A DNA stretch of 64,000 nucleotides, taken from assembly GCA_964642015.1 (NCBI GenBank), contig CAZXLF010000003.1:100204-164203 (forward strand), written 5' to 3'. Positions 47,061 through 56,866 of this stretch are shown piece after piece. Under the pieces are notes generated by a model. The model saw only the letters and a program-made list of their open reading frames with translations. It made no database searches and was not told where the DNA came from. Within the stretch, counting starts at the first letter, position 1. Each line of letters opens with the position of its first letter. The translations under genes were made by a program, and so were the position numbers. The stretch comes from an uncultured Planctomycetia bacterium. GTDB lineage: Bacteria; Omnitrophota; Gorgyraeia; 2-02-FULL-51-18.

Positions 47061-48600
47061 ACAAAAAAAACCTGCACACGGATTGGTCTCTCTGGTCGGT
47101 GCTGGACCAGGAGATCCTGGCCTTTTAACCGTAAAAGCCCTTGATCGCATCCAAAATGCGGATTTGATCATCTACGATTATCTGGTGAATCCCGATCATT
47201 TAAGGCACGCTAAAAATTCGGCAACGAAGATCTGCGTCGGAAAAGGTTTCCGGCATCATCGCCTGAGCCAGAACAAGATCAATCGTCTGATTATCCATTC
47301 TGCCAAAAAAGGGCAAACGGTTGTTCGTCTAAAAGGCGGGGATCCATACCTTTTCGGCAGAGGCGGCGAAGAGGCGCTTTATCTTCGTGAACATCGTATT
47401 CCGTTTGAAGTAGTGCCTGGCGTCACAAGCGCGACCGCATGCGCAGCTTATTCGGGGATCCCGTTGACTCACAGGGAACACAATTCATCCGTGACTTTTC
47501 TGACAGGCCACCGCGCGCATGACGAAAATCTTGATTCAATCGATTGGCGGCAGATCGTAGCTCTGAACGGGACGATCGTCATCTACATGGGCTTTTATAA
47601 TCTCGGAAAAATAGCAAAACGCTTAATGGAACATGGTTTACCTGCTAAAACAAAAATATCCGTGATCCAATGGGGGACGCTTCCATGGCAAAAATCCTGT
47701 GAAGGCACTTTACAGAATATTGAAAAAATTGTGTTAAAAAAGAAGATGGGTGCGCCATCAATTATTATCATTGGCGATGTCGTTGGGCTAAAAAGCGAAC
47801 TTAATTGGTTTGAGAAGCTTCCTTTGTTCGGAAAAAAAATATTGGTCACACGCGCTCAGGATAAAGCAAGCTCATTAAAACAAAAACTGGCCAGCCTTGG
47901 AGCTTGGGCGGTTGAGATGCCTGTAATCTCGATCAAACCCACGAATAATTATTCGTCGCTCGATAATGCTATACAAAACATCGGCACTTTTGACTGGCTA
48001 GTTTTCACCAGCGCCTATGGGGCAGATTTCTTCTTTGATCGATTGGTCAATTACCATAAAAAAGATGCAAGAAATCTTGCTCAAACAAAAATCGCTTCGG
48101 TAGGGGTCGAGACCAGCCGTTCCCTTAGAAAATTCGGGGTTTTAACGGACCTTGAGCCAAAACGATTTGAAACAGCAGCTATTGCGGAGGAATTTAAAAA
48201 ACGCTTTGGGAACCTTTCGGGACAAAAAATTTTATTGGCCCGTACCGATATCGCGCCGCCGGGACTTGAACGAGATCTGAAGAAGCTCGGCGCCGATGTG
48301 CATTGCGTAAAAACCTATCGAACGCTGACGCCAAAAAAAATGCCGAGCGAGATAAAAAAAGAACTGCTTGTCGGGACATTTGATTACATCACATTCACTA
48401 GCTCTTCGACGGTTTCTAATTTTGTAAAACTTCTAGGTCGCGGTAGTTTACAAAAATTATCGAAGACCAAATGCGCGAGCATTGGACCGATCACTTCAAA
48501 AACACTAAGAACTTACAGTTTAAAACCCGCTTGCCAGGCAAAAAATTTCACAACAGACGGACTTGTCCATGCGATAATAGCCCATGCAAAAACTAAATAA
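47053..48600 (+). CDS. Fused uroporphyrinogen-III C-methyltransferase / uroporphyrinogen-III synthase (CobA-HemD)
   Basis: N-terminal SAM methyltransferase VSLVGAGPGDPGLLT...GGDPYLFGRGGEE; the C-terminal half is HEM4-like. Confidence 0.85.
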   Translation: MHEQKKPAHGLVSLVGAGPGDPGLLTVKALDRIQNADLIIYDYLVNPDHLRHAKNSATKICVGKGFRHHRLSQNKINRLIIHSAKKGQTVVRLKGGDPYLFGRGGEEALYLREHRIPFEVVPGVTSATACAAYSGIPLTHREHNSSVTFLTGHRAHDENLDSIDWRQIVALNGTIVIYMGFYNLGKIAKRLMEHGLPAKTKISVIQWGTLPWQKSCEGTLQNIEKIVLKKKMGAPSIIIIGDVVGLKSELNWFEKLPLFGKKILVTRAQDKASSLKQKLASLGAWAVEMPVISIKPTNNYSSLDNAIQNIGTFDWLVFTSAYGADFFFDRLVNYHKKDARNLAQTKIASVGVETSRSLRKFGVLTDLEPKRFETAAIAEEFKKRFGNLSGQKILLARTDIAPPGLERDLKKLGADVHCVKTYRTLTPKKMPSEIKKELLVGTFDYITFTSSSTVSNFVKLLGRGSLQKLSKTKCASIGPITSKTLRTYSLKPACQAKNFTTDGLVHAIIAHAKTK

Positions 48601-49591
48601 ACACGATACAAAACCCTTGAAAATACGCTTAAGACGCCTTAGAGAAAATTCTATTCTAAGAAACATGCTGTCCGAGACAACTCTCGACATCAAAGAGATC
48701 GTTCAGCCGCTTTTTGTCAAGGAAGTCATCTCTAAACCCATAGAAATATCTTCCATGCCGGGACAATTTCAATTTGATCGGCGTTCGATAATTGATGAGG
48801 CAAAAAAGATCGAATCCTTAGGCATTCAAGCCGTGATCTTATTTGGAATTCCAGACAAAAAAGACATAAGCGGCCGGTCGGCATTTGCCAAGAACGGTAT
48901 CATCCAAAAGACCGTTTCCGGTATCAAAAAAAATTGCAAAAAACTTCTAGTGATCACCGATGTCTGTCTTTGCGAATACCTGAGCCACGGTCACTGTGGA
49001 CACATTCATAACGGGCGGATCATCAATGATGCTTCTGTGAAAACGTTGGCTCAAGTCGCCTTGTCGCATGCCCAAGCAGGAGCGGATATTGTTGCGCCTT
49101 CCGACATGATGGATGGGCGAGTGGAAGCTATAAGAAGTTTGTTGGATAAAAATCATTTTACACATACTCCGATCATTTCTTACGCCGTCAAATACGCCTC
49201 GAGTCTTTATTCGCCTTTTCGTGAAGCAGCGCAGAGCGCGCCATCGTTCGGCGACCGTTCCAGTTACCAGATGAATCCGGCCAATATTAAAGAAGCGCTG
49301 CGTGAAGCTGAGACTGATCTTAGAGAAGGGGCCGACATTATTCTGGTAAAGCCCGGCATGGGTTATTTGGACATCGTGAATAGCATCAAGAATAAATTTG
49401 CATGTCCTGTGGGCTGCTATAGCGTTAGCGGCGAATATTCTATGATCAAGGCCGCTTCACAAAAGGGCTGGCTCGATGAAAAACGGGTGGTACTTGAAAC
49501 CCATCTTTCCATGAAAAGGGCCGGAGCCAACCTGATCATTACTTACTGGGCAAAAGAATTGGCACGCTGGCTTAAAGGATCGATCGCATGA
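48584..49591 (+). CDS. hemB: Porphobilinogen synthase (delta-aminolevulinate dehydratase)
   Basis: 335 aa, RLRRLR...PLFV..., active-site lysines in the VKPGMGYLD context, Cys-rich Zn site DVCLCEYLSHGHCG. Confidence 0.9.
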   Translation: MQKLNKHDTKPLKIRLRRLRENSILRNMLSETTLDIKEIVQPLFVKEVISKPIEISSMPGQFQFDRRSIIDEAKKIESLGIQAVILFGIPDKKDISGRSAFAKNGIIQKTVSGIKKNCKKLLVITDVCLCEYLSHGHCGHIHNGRIINDASVKTLAQVALSHAQAGADIVAPSDMMDGRVEAIRSLLDKNHFTHTPIISYAVKYASSLYSPFREAAQSAPSFGDRSSYQMNPANIKEALREAETDLREGADIILVKPGMGYLDIVNSIKNKFACPVGCYSVSGEYSMIKAASQKGWLDEKRVVLETHLSMKRAGANLIITYWAKELARWLKGSIA

Positions 49592-50841
49592 AAAATAAAG
49601 CTTGGGCGGAAGCCCAAAAACATTTGGCAGGTGGCGTCAATAGCCCTGTGCGTTCTTTTAAATCAGTAAAAGGTGACCCTATTTTTATGGAAAAGGGAAG
49701 CGGGCCGTACCTCTATGATAATCAAGGCAGAAAGTATATAGACTTCTGCATGTCCTGGGGTGCCATGCTGCTTGGACACGCTGACAAAACCACCATCCGA
49801 TCCATTCAAACCCAAGCTGCTAAAGGAACAAGTTTTGGTACAGTCACTGAATATGAGACAGCTTTAGCTATAGAAATCAAAAAAGCTTTTCCGGGAATGG
49901 AGAGGATCCGTTTCACAAGCTCGGGCACCGAGGCCGTCATGAGCGCTGTCCGCCTAGCAAGAGGTTATACCGGAAAGGGTAGGATCTTGAAATTTGAAGG
50001 GTGCTACCATGGGCACGGGGACAGTCTTCTTGTTAAAGCCGGCAGCGGCCTGGCAACTTTTGGCTCACCCGACTCGGAAGGCGTTCCAAAAGAGTTGGCA
50101 AAATTAACAAGTGTGCTTTCTTACAACGATTCGATCGCTGTAAAAATTTTTTTTAAAAAACAAAGGGATATCGCCTGCGTTATCGTCGAGCCTGTTGCCG
50201 GAAATATGGGGCTTGTTCCAGCCAAAAAAGAATTTTTGGAAACTTTAAGAGCGGAAACCAAAAAACACGGTTCATTGCTGATCTTTGATGAGGTCATCAG
50301 CGGTTTTCGTATTTGTTTAGGAGGCGCTCAACATTTATACAGGATCAGCCCCGACATTACCATCTTGGGAAAGATCATCGGCGGCGGAATGCCTGTGGGT
50401 GCGTTTGGCGCAAAAAAGGAGATCATGGAGCTTCTTTCGCCGACAGGAAAGGTTTATCAGGCGGGGACTTTGTCGGGCAACCCGATCTCCATGGTTGCTG
50501 GCAAAAGCGTGCTTTCGAGACTTTCCAAAAATTCATACGACAAACTCGAACATAAAACATTGGAATTCATCGAAAAGGCCAAAGCTATTTTTAAAGCAAA
50601 GCGTATACCGGCATCGATCCAAAGCATTGGCTCAATGTTTACCGTGTTTTTTACGCAAAAACCTGTACAAAATTTTAAGGACGCAATGACATCAGATCAA
50701 AAAGCTTTTGGAAGATTTTTCCATCATATGCTGAAAGAGGGGGTATACCTGCCTCCATCCGCATTTGAAACGTCGTTCATATCATTCAGCCACGAAAACC
50801 TGGAGCTTGAGCGTACTTTACAAGCGTTGAAAAAAATATGA
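49588..50841 (+). CDS. hemL: Glutamate-1-semialdehyde 2,1-aminomutase
   Basis: 417 aa, class-III aminotransferase, LIFDEVISGFR. Confidence 0.92.
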   Translation: MKNKAWAEAQKHLAGGVNSPVRSFKSVKGDPIFMEKGSGPYLYDNQGRKYIDFCMSWGAMLLGHADKTTIRSIQTQAAKGTSFGTVTEYETALAIEIKKAFPGMERIRFTSSGTEAVMSAVRLARGYTGKGRILKFEGCYHGHGDSLLVKAGSGLATFGSPDSEGVPKELAKLTSVLSYNDSIAVKIFFKKQRDIACVIVEPVAGNMGLVPAKKEFLETLRAETKKHGSLLIFDEVISGFRICLGGAQHLYRISPDITILGKIIGGGMPVGAFGAKKEIMELLSPTGKVYQAGTLSGNPISMVAGKSVLSRLSKNSYDKLEHKTLEFIEKAKAIFKAKRIPASIQSIGSMFTVFFTQKPVQNFKDAMTSDQKAFGRFFHHMLKEGVYLPPSAFETSFISFSHENLELERTLQALKKI

Positions 50842-50898
50842 TAAAAAACAGCTCATCGCATGTTAAAATCTTTTGCTTCTAATGATTAAAGGTATTTT

Positions 50899-51876
50899 AT
50901 GCCATTACTAAACACCGGTCTAAATGAGATTTATGCGCCAATCGAGAAAGAGCTTAAAGCCTTCTCGGAACAGCTCAGATCGGAATTGAAATCCAACGAT
51001 CAGCTGATCAGTCAGATCCACGAACATCTTTTAAGGATGGCCGGAAAGTTTTTAAGGCCCGCGCTGACGATCCTTTCTTCGAAAATCGAGGATCGCGATA
51101 ACCCTGACGCGATAAAATTAGCCGCTGCTATTGAACTGATCCACACAGCGACTTTGGTCCATGATGATGTAATAGACGATTCCGATTTGCGCCGAAATAT
51201 GCCGTCGATCTACTCAAAATGGGGCGCGGAGATCTCGATCGTTTCCGGTGATTATTTGTATGCAAAAGCATTCTTGCTTCTGGCAAGCTTTGGCGACCCT
51301 TGGATCAGCCAGGCATTCGCGGCTTGCGCCCACGTTATCTGTGAAGGAGAGATGAAGCAGATCGAGAAACGCAAGGCATTCTTAATGAGCGAGGAGCAGT
51401 ATCTCAAGATCATTCATCAGAAAACAGCCGCGCTTTTTCAGGCCGCTTGCATGGGCGGCGCTTACTTGTCGGGGACTAGCAAAGAAAATATTGCCAGTCT
51501 CGGAAATTACGGTTTTAATCTTGGTATGGCCTTTCAGATCGTCGATGATTGTCTGGACCTTATCGGGGATACTGAAAGTTTGGGGAAAACTACAGGATTG
51601 GATATTTATAAAAATGATGTCACGTTACCGCTCCTTTATTTATTCCGCAGCTTGACTGATGCGGAACGCACTGCGTTAGACGGCCAAAATAACGGCCATG
51701 AGACATTCCAAAAGATCAAAAATCTCGCCGTGCAAAAAAAATCCGTAGAAAAAGCGATGCTGAAAGCAAGAAATTACACCGAACTGGCCATCGAAAGCTT
51801 GAAACCACTCAAAGATTCTGCCTGCAAAGAAAGTCTTTACTCGCTGGCGAATTACTGTGTTGATCGGGTGCGGTAA
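50899..51876 (+). CDS. Polyprenyl diphosphate synthase (trans-isoprenyl diphosphate synthase family)
   Basis: 325 aa with first DDxxD LVHDDVIDD and second DD motif QIVDDCLD. Confidence 0.85.
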   Translation: MPLLNTGLNEIYAPIEKELKAFSEQLRSELKSNDQLISQIHEHLLRMAGKFLRPALTILSSKIEDRDNPDAIKLAAAIELIHTATLVHDDVIDDSDLRRNMPSIYSKWGAEISIVSGDYLYAKAFLLLASFGDPWISQAFAACAHVICEGEMKQIEKRKAFLMSEEQYLKIIHQKTAALFQAACMGGAYLSGTSKENIASLGNYGFNLGMAFQIVDDCLDLIGDTESLGKTTGLDIYKNDVTLPLLYLFRSLTDAERTALDGQNNGHETFQKIKNLAVQKKSVEKAMLKARNYTELAIESLKPLKDSACKESLYSLANYCVDRVR

Positions 51877-52940
51877 TGAAAAATCGCGTAGTTGTCGCAA
51901 TGTCCGGGGGAGTAGATAGCTCTGTTTGCGCATATCTCTTGAAACAGGAAGGTTATGACGTAATTGGGGTCACGATCAAGACCTGGTCTAATGATGACTG
52001 TCGCGACGAAAAATCCAAGGGCTGCTGTTCGATACGCGATATCGATGACGCCAGACAAGTCGCCAGAAAGATAGATATTCCTTATTACGTGATGGACCTA
52101 TCGGCTGATTTTCGCGAGAAAGTCATTGATTATTTTGTGGACGATTACCTCAACGGCCGCACACCGAATCCGTGCATTGAGTGTAATCGAAGCATCAAAT
52201 TCGGTATCCTTCTTAAAAAAGCCGAGGAATTGCAGGCGGATTTTGTGGCAACAGGCCATTACGCGCGGCTAGGCTATGATGAGACCGAGCAGCGCTATTT
52301 CATATGTGAGGGAGCTGATCTTTCAAAAGATCAAAGCTATGTTCTTTTTGGGCTGACCCAAGAACAATTATCAAAAACCCTTTTACCAGTGGGCGCACTC
52401 GAAAAAAAGAAAGTGCGCGAAATCGCCGAAAAACTTGGGTTGCGTGTATTTGACAAGCCTGATAGCCAAGAAATATGTTTTGTGAAATCTACCTATGGAG
52501 AATTTGTCCGAAATTATGCGCCTGACAGACTGCCCGGCGAAGGTTCGTTCATCAATGACAAAGGACAATTAGTTGGATCGCATAGTGGAAGCCATCTTTA
52601 CACGATCGGTCAGCGTAAAAGAATTCAGATCACGGATGAGGACCCTTATTATGTGACAGCGATTAACGCAACGACCAATGAGGTGACGATTGGCAGGGAA
52701 TATGACCTGTTTAAAGATAACATGGTCGTTGACCGGATTAATTGGATATGCAAACCGCGCCTCGGAGAGATCAAGGTCAAGATACGCTCAAAAAGCCCAA
52801 AAACACCGGCAAGGATCATTTCCATCAAAGCCGATACAGCATCCGTTCAATTTCAGGAATCTCAAAAAGCTGTCACCCCAGGCCAGGCGGCCGTTTTCTA
52901 TGATGGCGAGCGCGTTTTGGGAGGCGGATGGATCAGTTAG
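51876..52940 (+). CDS. mnmA: tRNA-specific 2-thiouridylase
   Basis: 354 aa, VAMSGGVDSSV (PP-loop). Confidence 0.9.
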   Translation: MKNRVVVAMSGGVDSSVCAYLLKQEGYDVIGVTIKTWSNDDCRDEKSKGCCSIRDIDDARQVARKIDIPYYVMDLSADFREKVIDYFVDDYLNGRTPNPCIECNRSIKFGILLKKAEELQADFVATGHYARLGYDETEQRYFICEGADLSKDQSYVLFGLTQEQLSKTLLPVGALEKKKVREIAEKLGLRVFDKPDSQEICFVKSTYGEFVRNYAPDRLPGEGSFINDKGQLVGSHSGSHLYTIGQRKRIQITDEDPYYVTAINATTNEVTIGREYDLFKDNMVVDRINWICKPRLGEIKVKIRSKSPKTPARIISIKADTASVQFQESQKAVTPGQAAVFYDGERVLGGGWIS

Positions 52941-52944
52941 TTTC

Positions 52945-53019
52945 GGCGGTGTAGCTCAGCCTGGTTAGAGCAGCAGCTTCATAAGTTGCGTGTCAGTGGT
53001 TCAAATCCACTCACCGCCA
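52945..53019 (+). tRNA. tRNA with CAT anticodon (elongator tRNA-Met or lysidine-dependent tRNA-Ile2; not initiator)
   Basis: Hand-folded. Acceptor GGCGGTG/CACCGCC with a G1:C72 pair (so not an initiator), anticodon stem GCAGC/GTTGC, loop TTCATAA, T-loop GGTTCAAATCC. Confidence 0.8.
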
Positions 53020-53050
53020 TTATATTTTGCCAAACGGCACTTCAATCTAT

Positions 53051-53200
53051 TTATTTACTGGATTTGACGTTAAGGTCGGGGCCGGCAACAAACGTGGTCG
53101 TTACGATCACATCGTCAGATTTCTTGCTTTCGGTAGCATTCAACGAATAGACATGCAGTGCTAAAAGCAGCAAAGATATCAACATTATCAATTTTTTCAT
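53051..53200 (-). CDS. Small exported peptide (49 aa; signal peptide plus ~30-aa mature part)
   Basis: MKKLIMLISLLLLALHVYSLNATESKK..., with GAGGAAG 6 nt upstream of the ATG. Lies in an AT-rich intergenic stretch. Speculative. Confidence 0.3.
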   Translation of the reverse strand: MKKLIMLISLLLLALHVYSLNATESKKSDDVIVTTTFVAGPDLNVKSSK

Positions 53201-53421
53201 AAACTTCCTCAATAAATTTAACGCGTAGACGCGCATTATGCCTGATTTTTCTTTCGATAACAATAGGGTGAATAAATATGCTGTGCAAAATAAGAATATC
53301 CTTAAATACATATAGATTTAATGAAACTTAGTAATAAAAGTATAGGGGCTTCTTTTTATGTCCCGATGTTTTACCGTTAATCCGTTGACAAACAGATAGG
53401 ACATATGCAAAATTAAATTTT

Positions 53422-53790
53422 ATGAGAATGCCTCTACCTTTGATTGCGCTCATGCTTTTCTTAACGCCCGCATCTTCGTATTGCGAGATAAGTGGGCGAA
53501 ATGATGCGGTCAAAGTTTATCAAGAAGTTCAGGGGCTTGAATGGATGGAAATGTCAGCCGGCGAAAGGATGGACCATCTGATGGCGGCGATGTACCTTTT
53601 AAATAAAAACGGGGTCGAGCTGAGCTACACACCCGATTATTACTATGATGCGATTTACCAAAAAATCCAAAGGCATCCGGAACTTTACTCTTCGGAGATT
53701 GCCAGTATTTTAGCCAATTTTATTTATGAAAAAGAAGAGAAAGCAAGGCCGGCGCTTGATAATTTAAAACGCCATCCAACAAACCCATGA
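53422..53790 (+). CDS. Exported hypothetical protein (122 aa)
   Basis: Signal peptide MRMPLPLIALMLFLTPASS. It overlaps the next gene by 4 nt. Confidence 0.5.
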   Translation: MRMPLPLIALMLFLTPASSYCEISGRNDAVKVYQEVQGLEWMEMSAGERMDHLMAAMYLLNKNGVELSYTPDYYYDAIYQKIQRHPELYSSEIASILANFIYEKEEKARPALDNLKRHPTNP

Positions 53791-54395
53791 TGAAAAACGT
53801 TCTCCGATCCGCACTAGTCATATTTTTCTCTTTAAACCTTGCTTCGCTTACATCGGCAGAAACAATCGATCAAAAACCTGATCTGGAAACCTTAAAGAGA
53901 TCCCTTTCGGCAAATCAATATCTGATTAACCGTTTTAATCTTGAATATGCGAATTTGATCAAGGAGCAGGGACAGTCTGCGAATGAAAAATTGGCCCTAA
54001 AAATAGCGGATGTTAAAAATAAGATAGCCGTTCTCAAGAACGGAAATGAACGGATCGTGAATCAACTGTCGCAATCATCCAAACCCAATTCCATAGAAGA
54101 CGTAAGCCCGCAATATTTGACCGGGAGAGACTGGCTGAGCATGGACCCCAAAGGGAAGGAGATGTATATTTTTTCAACAATGGGAGCATTGGTAAAAAAA
54201 GAGGTGCTAACGATCAAACCCTCGGATTATTACATATCATCGCTGGATAAACTGATCGCTCATAACTCTTCTTATCAAGCAAGAAACCTTGACGATATGC
54301 TGCTTCTGATCATTTATAAGAATGAGCCTGCTTCCAGAAGCGCGATCAGCGGTTTTCACAGGATCAACGAATCAGAACTTGAAAGAGTGGAATAA
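53787..54395 (+). CDS. Exported hypothetical protein (202 aa)
   Basis: Signal peptide MMKNVLRSALVIFFSLNLASLTSA. Translationally coupled to the upstream gene. Confidence 0.5.
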   Translation: MMKNVLRSALVIFFSLNLASLTSAETIDQKPDLETLKRSLSANQYLINRFNLEYANLIKEQGQSANEKLALKIADVKNKIAVLKNGNERIVNQLSQSSKPNSIEDVSPQYLTGRDWLSMDPKGKEMYIFSTMGALVKKEVLTIKPSDYYISSLDKLIAHNSSYQARNLDDMLLLIIYKNEPASRSAISGFHRINESELERVE

Positions 54396-54414
54396 TTGCA
54401 AGTCCAGGTGTTTT

Positions 54415-54442
54415 TTGACATTGCTGTCAGAACTGGTATAAT
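54415..54442 (+). promoter_or_regulatory. Sigma-70-like promoter (TTGACA-16-TATAAT)
   Basis: TTGACA at 54415-54420 and TATAAT at 54437-54442, about 40 nt upstream of the 54482 start. Confidence 0.6.
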
Positions 54443-54481
54443 AACGGCTTCAAGAAATCATAATTATCTTACGGAGCAAAC

Positions 54482-55084
54482 ATGAAAAAAACTTTGTTGA
54501 CGGCTTTGATTCTTGGGTCAGTATTTCACGCTTACTTATCTCACGCCGAAGATTCTCCAAACGCAACTGAATCTGCAGCTCCGGCGGCTGTAACAGATGC
54601 CGATCAGAAAGCCGCTACGATGAATGAGCCGGCACCAGCCATAGTTCCTGCAGCGACAACCGAAACAGCACCTCCTCCGCCAGCGGTTATTCCGCCGGTT
54701 CCAGTTAACGCACCCGATGATACTCAGGCGGCCCCGGCTCCAGCAGCAGCAAACGTATCATCAACCGCCACCGCGGCTGTTACGACAACTGCTCAGACAG
54801 CACCGGTTACGACAGGGCAGACGACAACGCCTGCAGAGAATCTCGAATTTGTTTCCGGAGAGATCACCTCATCGGATGAGGCGGCAAAGACTGTAACAGT
54901 AAAACTGTACGGCGAGACGGAAAATGCCACGAATGATAAAATTTTGACCATCAAACTGGACGAAAGCACAGATATAACTGATGGCGAAAAAGACCGTGAT
55001 ATCAAATCCCTGACCAACGGCACCGAAGTGGATGTCGAATACGATCCCGCAACGAATAAAGCGACTTATATATTCGTTTATTGA
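54482..55084 (+). CDS. Exported protein with long Ala/Pro/Thr-rich linker and small C-terminal OB-like domain
   Basis: Signal peptide [22 protein letters not shown], ~100 aa of low-complexity A/P/T, then VSGEITSSDEAAKTVTVKL...VDVEYDPATNKATYIFVY, which resembles the domain in 39366-39860. Confidence 0.55.
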   Translation: MKKTLLTALILGSVFHAYLSHAEDSPNATESAAPAAVTDADQKAATMNEPAPAIVPAATTETAPPPPAVIPPVPVNAPDDTQAAPAPAAANVSSTATAAVTTTAQTAPVTTGQTTTPAENLEFVSGEITSSDEAAKTVTVKLYGETENATNDKILTIKLDESTDITDGEKDRDIKSLTNGTEVDVEYDPATNKATYIFVY

Positions 55085-55113
55085 TCTAAAACCTGATAGA
55101 TTTTCTTCTTTAA

Positions 55114-55157
55114 CACGGATAAAACAAAAAATAGCGTTTTATCCGTGTTTTGTTTTT
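55114..55157 (+). terminator. Rho-independent terminator
   Basis: Perfect 12-bp stem CACGGATAAAAC/GTTTTATCCGTG with a 10-nt loop, followed by TTTTGTTTTT. Confidence 0.8.
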
Positions 55158-55170
55158 AAACCTCAATACG

Positions 55171-56190
55171 ATGCATAGATTAAAAGAATTACTTCAACAG
55201 GTAGAGGCCGCCAATCAACGGTATGGTCTCCTTCAGAAGAATGACGCGTTAGTAGCCGGCGTTTCCGGGGGGCCGGATTCTGTGGCGCTTTTGTATCTGC
55301 TCGTAAAATTAAAGAAAAAGTATAACCTTAAGATCTGCGTCGCCCACCTAAATCATGGTTTACTGAAAAATGAGAGCAGGAAATATCAGAGTCTGGTAAA
55401 AAAAATGGCAGATGGGTTCGACATCCCTTTTTATTGCAAAGCAATCGATCTGAGAACTCTTTCAAAAAAAAATAAACGCTCCATCGAGGAAATGGGCAGG
55501 ATTGAACGTTATCATTTCTTTGAAGAAGTCGCCGCGAAAACACGCTCCAATAAAATAGTCACCGCACACACTCTTGATGATCAGGCGGAAACAGTACTTT
55601 TAAGGTTCTTGCGCGGGTCGGGATTGAAAGGCCTTGCCGGCATTCCTTATAAAAGAATACAGGGAAAACTTGAAGTTGTTCGGCCAGTTCTTTCCATTGA
55701 AAAGAAAAAACTACTGTCATTTTTGAAAGCGAATAGAATCCCATATTTGAACGACAGGACAAACGCCGACACCTTTTTCACGAGAAATAGGATCAGGCAC
55801 CATTTGCTCCCAGCGCTCGAAAAGTCTTATAATCCCCAAATCAAAAACTCTCTTTCAAGTTTGGGATCGATCTGCGAAAATATCCAGCTCTATCTTGACA
55901 AAATCTCGAGCCGCGCTACAAAAACATGCCTCAAGAAGCAAAAACGCTATGGTTCGTTAGTATTAGACTTAAAAAAACTGAATAGATTGGACTCCGCCAT
56001 CAAAAGAGAGGTTTTGTTCAAAACTCTCTCCGAATTGCAAGGCGATTCAAAGAGATTTTCTTTCGACCATATCTCCGCTGTTATTGAACTCACAAACTCC
56101 AGCAAAAACAACCTTGAGCGCCATTTACCAAATTCGATCATTGCCATAAAAAAAGAAAGGGAGTTGGAACTTCGTTTTAAGCGGCGGTGA
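55171..56190 (+). CDS. tilS: tRNA(Ile)-lysidine synthetase
   Basis: PP-loop LVAGVSGGPDSVALL. An in-frame TTG at 55150 is possible, but it lies inside the terminator T-tract. ATG 55171 is preferred. Confidence 0.85.
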   Translation: MHRLKELLQQVEAANQRYGLLQKNDALVAGVSGGPDSVALLYLLVKLKKKYNLKICVAHLNHGLLKNESRKYQSLVKKMADGFDIPFYCKAIDLRTLSKKNKRSIEEMGRIERYHFFEEVAAKTRSNKIVTAHTLDDQAETVLLRFLRGSGLKGLAGIPYKRIQGKLEVVRPVLSIEKKKLLSFLKANRIPYLNDRTNADTFFTRNRIRHHLLPALEKSYNPQIKNSLSSLGSICENIQLYLDKISSRATKTCLKKQKRYGSLVLDLKKLNRLDSAIKREVLFKTLSELQGDSKRFSFDHISAVIELTNSSKNNLERHLPNSIIAIKKERELELRFKRR

Positions 56191-56271
56191 TTGACACCCC
56201 GTAAAAATATAGCTATAATCCGTTTCGTTGTCATAAATCTATGTCACTACACCAGAAAGGGAATTTGATAC

Positions 56272-56454
56272 ATGTCAAAGGTTGAGCTTGGCCCCAATGA
56301 GCCTCTCGAAAAGGCTCTTAGGCGTTTCAAGAAAAAGATCGAGCGCGAGGGTATTCTAAAAGCATTAAAAGCCAGAAAACATTACGAAAAACCCAGCGAG
56401 ATCAAAAGACGCAAGGCCCGCAGCAGTAAAAATAGAAAAAACTTCAAATTTTAA
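56272..56454 (+). CDS. rpsU: 30S ribosomal protein S21
   Basis: 60 aa, ...LKRFKK...REGILKALKARKHYEKPSE.KRRKARS. Confidence 0.9.
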   Translation: MSKVELGPNEPLEKALRRFKKKIEREGILKALKARKHYEKPSEIKRRKARSSKNRKNFKF

Positions 56455-56466
56455 AAGAGGTGACTC

Positions 56467-56844
56467 TTGGCCGACGAGCACGGAGAGCCTTCGGGATTCA
56501 GCATCAAAAAAAAAGTTGATGAGTCTTGGAAGGATAATGTAGAAAAAGAAAAAGAAACGGTCGAGCCAGGTTCTGATGAAGCTTCAAACTTCCAGCCGAA
56601 TTTTTCCTCTTTCATTACCACGCTTGGTGTTCAAGCGTTCATTGCTTTGGGCGAATTTCCATCTTCGCCTAACGGAGAAACTCCTCCGCCAGCGGACCTG
56701 GTGCAAGCCAAGTCACTCATCGATATTTTAGAGATCTTGTCCGAAAAAACCAAAGGTAACCTCACTGAAGACGAGGCCAACATGCTCCAGGAAATCCTAT
56801 ATGGCCTCAAAATGAAGTTCGTCGAAAAAAGCAGCAAGCCTTAA
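56467..56844 (+). CDS. DUF1844-like protein (conserved rpsU-adjacent small acidic protein)
   Basis: 125 aa with a TTG start, FITTLGVQAFIALGE...LVQAKSLIDILEIL. Confidence 0.55.
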   Translation: MADEHGEPSGFSIKKKVDESWKDNVEKEKETVEPGSDEASNFQPNFSSFITTLGVQAFIALGEFPSSPNGETPPPADLVQAKSLIDILEILSEKTKGNLTEDEANMLQEILYGLKMKFVEKSSKP

Positions 56845-56866
56845 TGATTAGTTCTGAGGAAAAAGC

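Noticed and set aside
53020-53420. Integrated mobile element at the tRNA(CAT) 3' end.
   Set aside because: No integrase, no transposase, and no direct repeat of the tRNA 3' end could be found by eye. Only the AT-rich composition and the secreted-protein cargo remain, and these are kept as a finding rather than called a mobile element.
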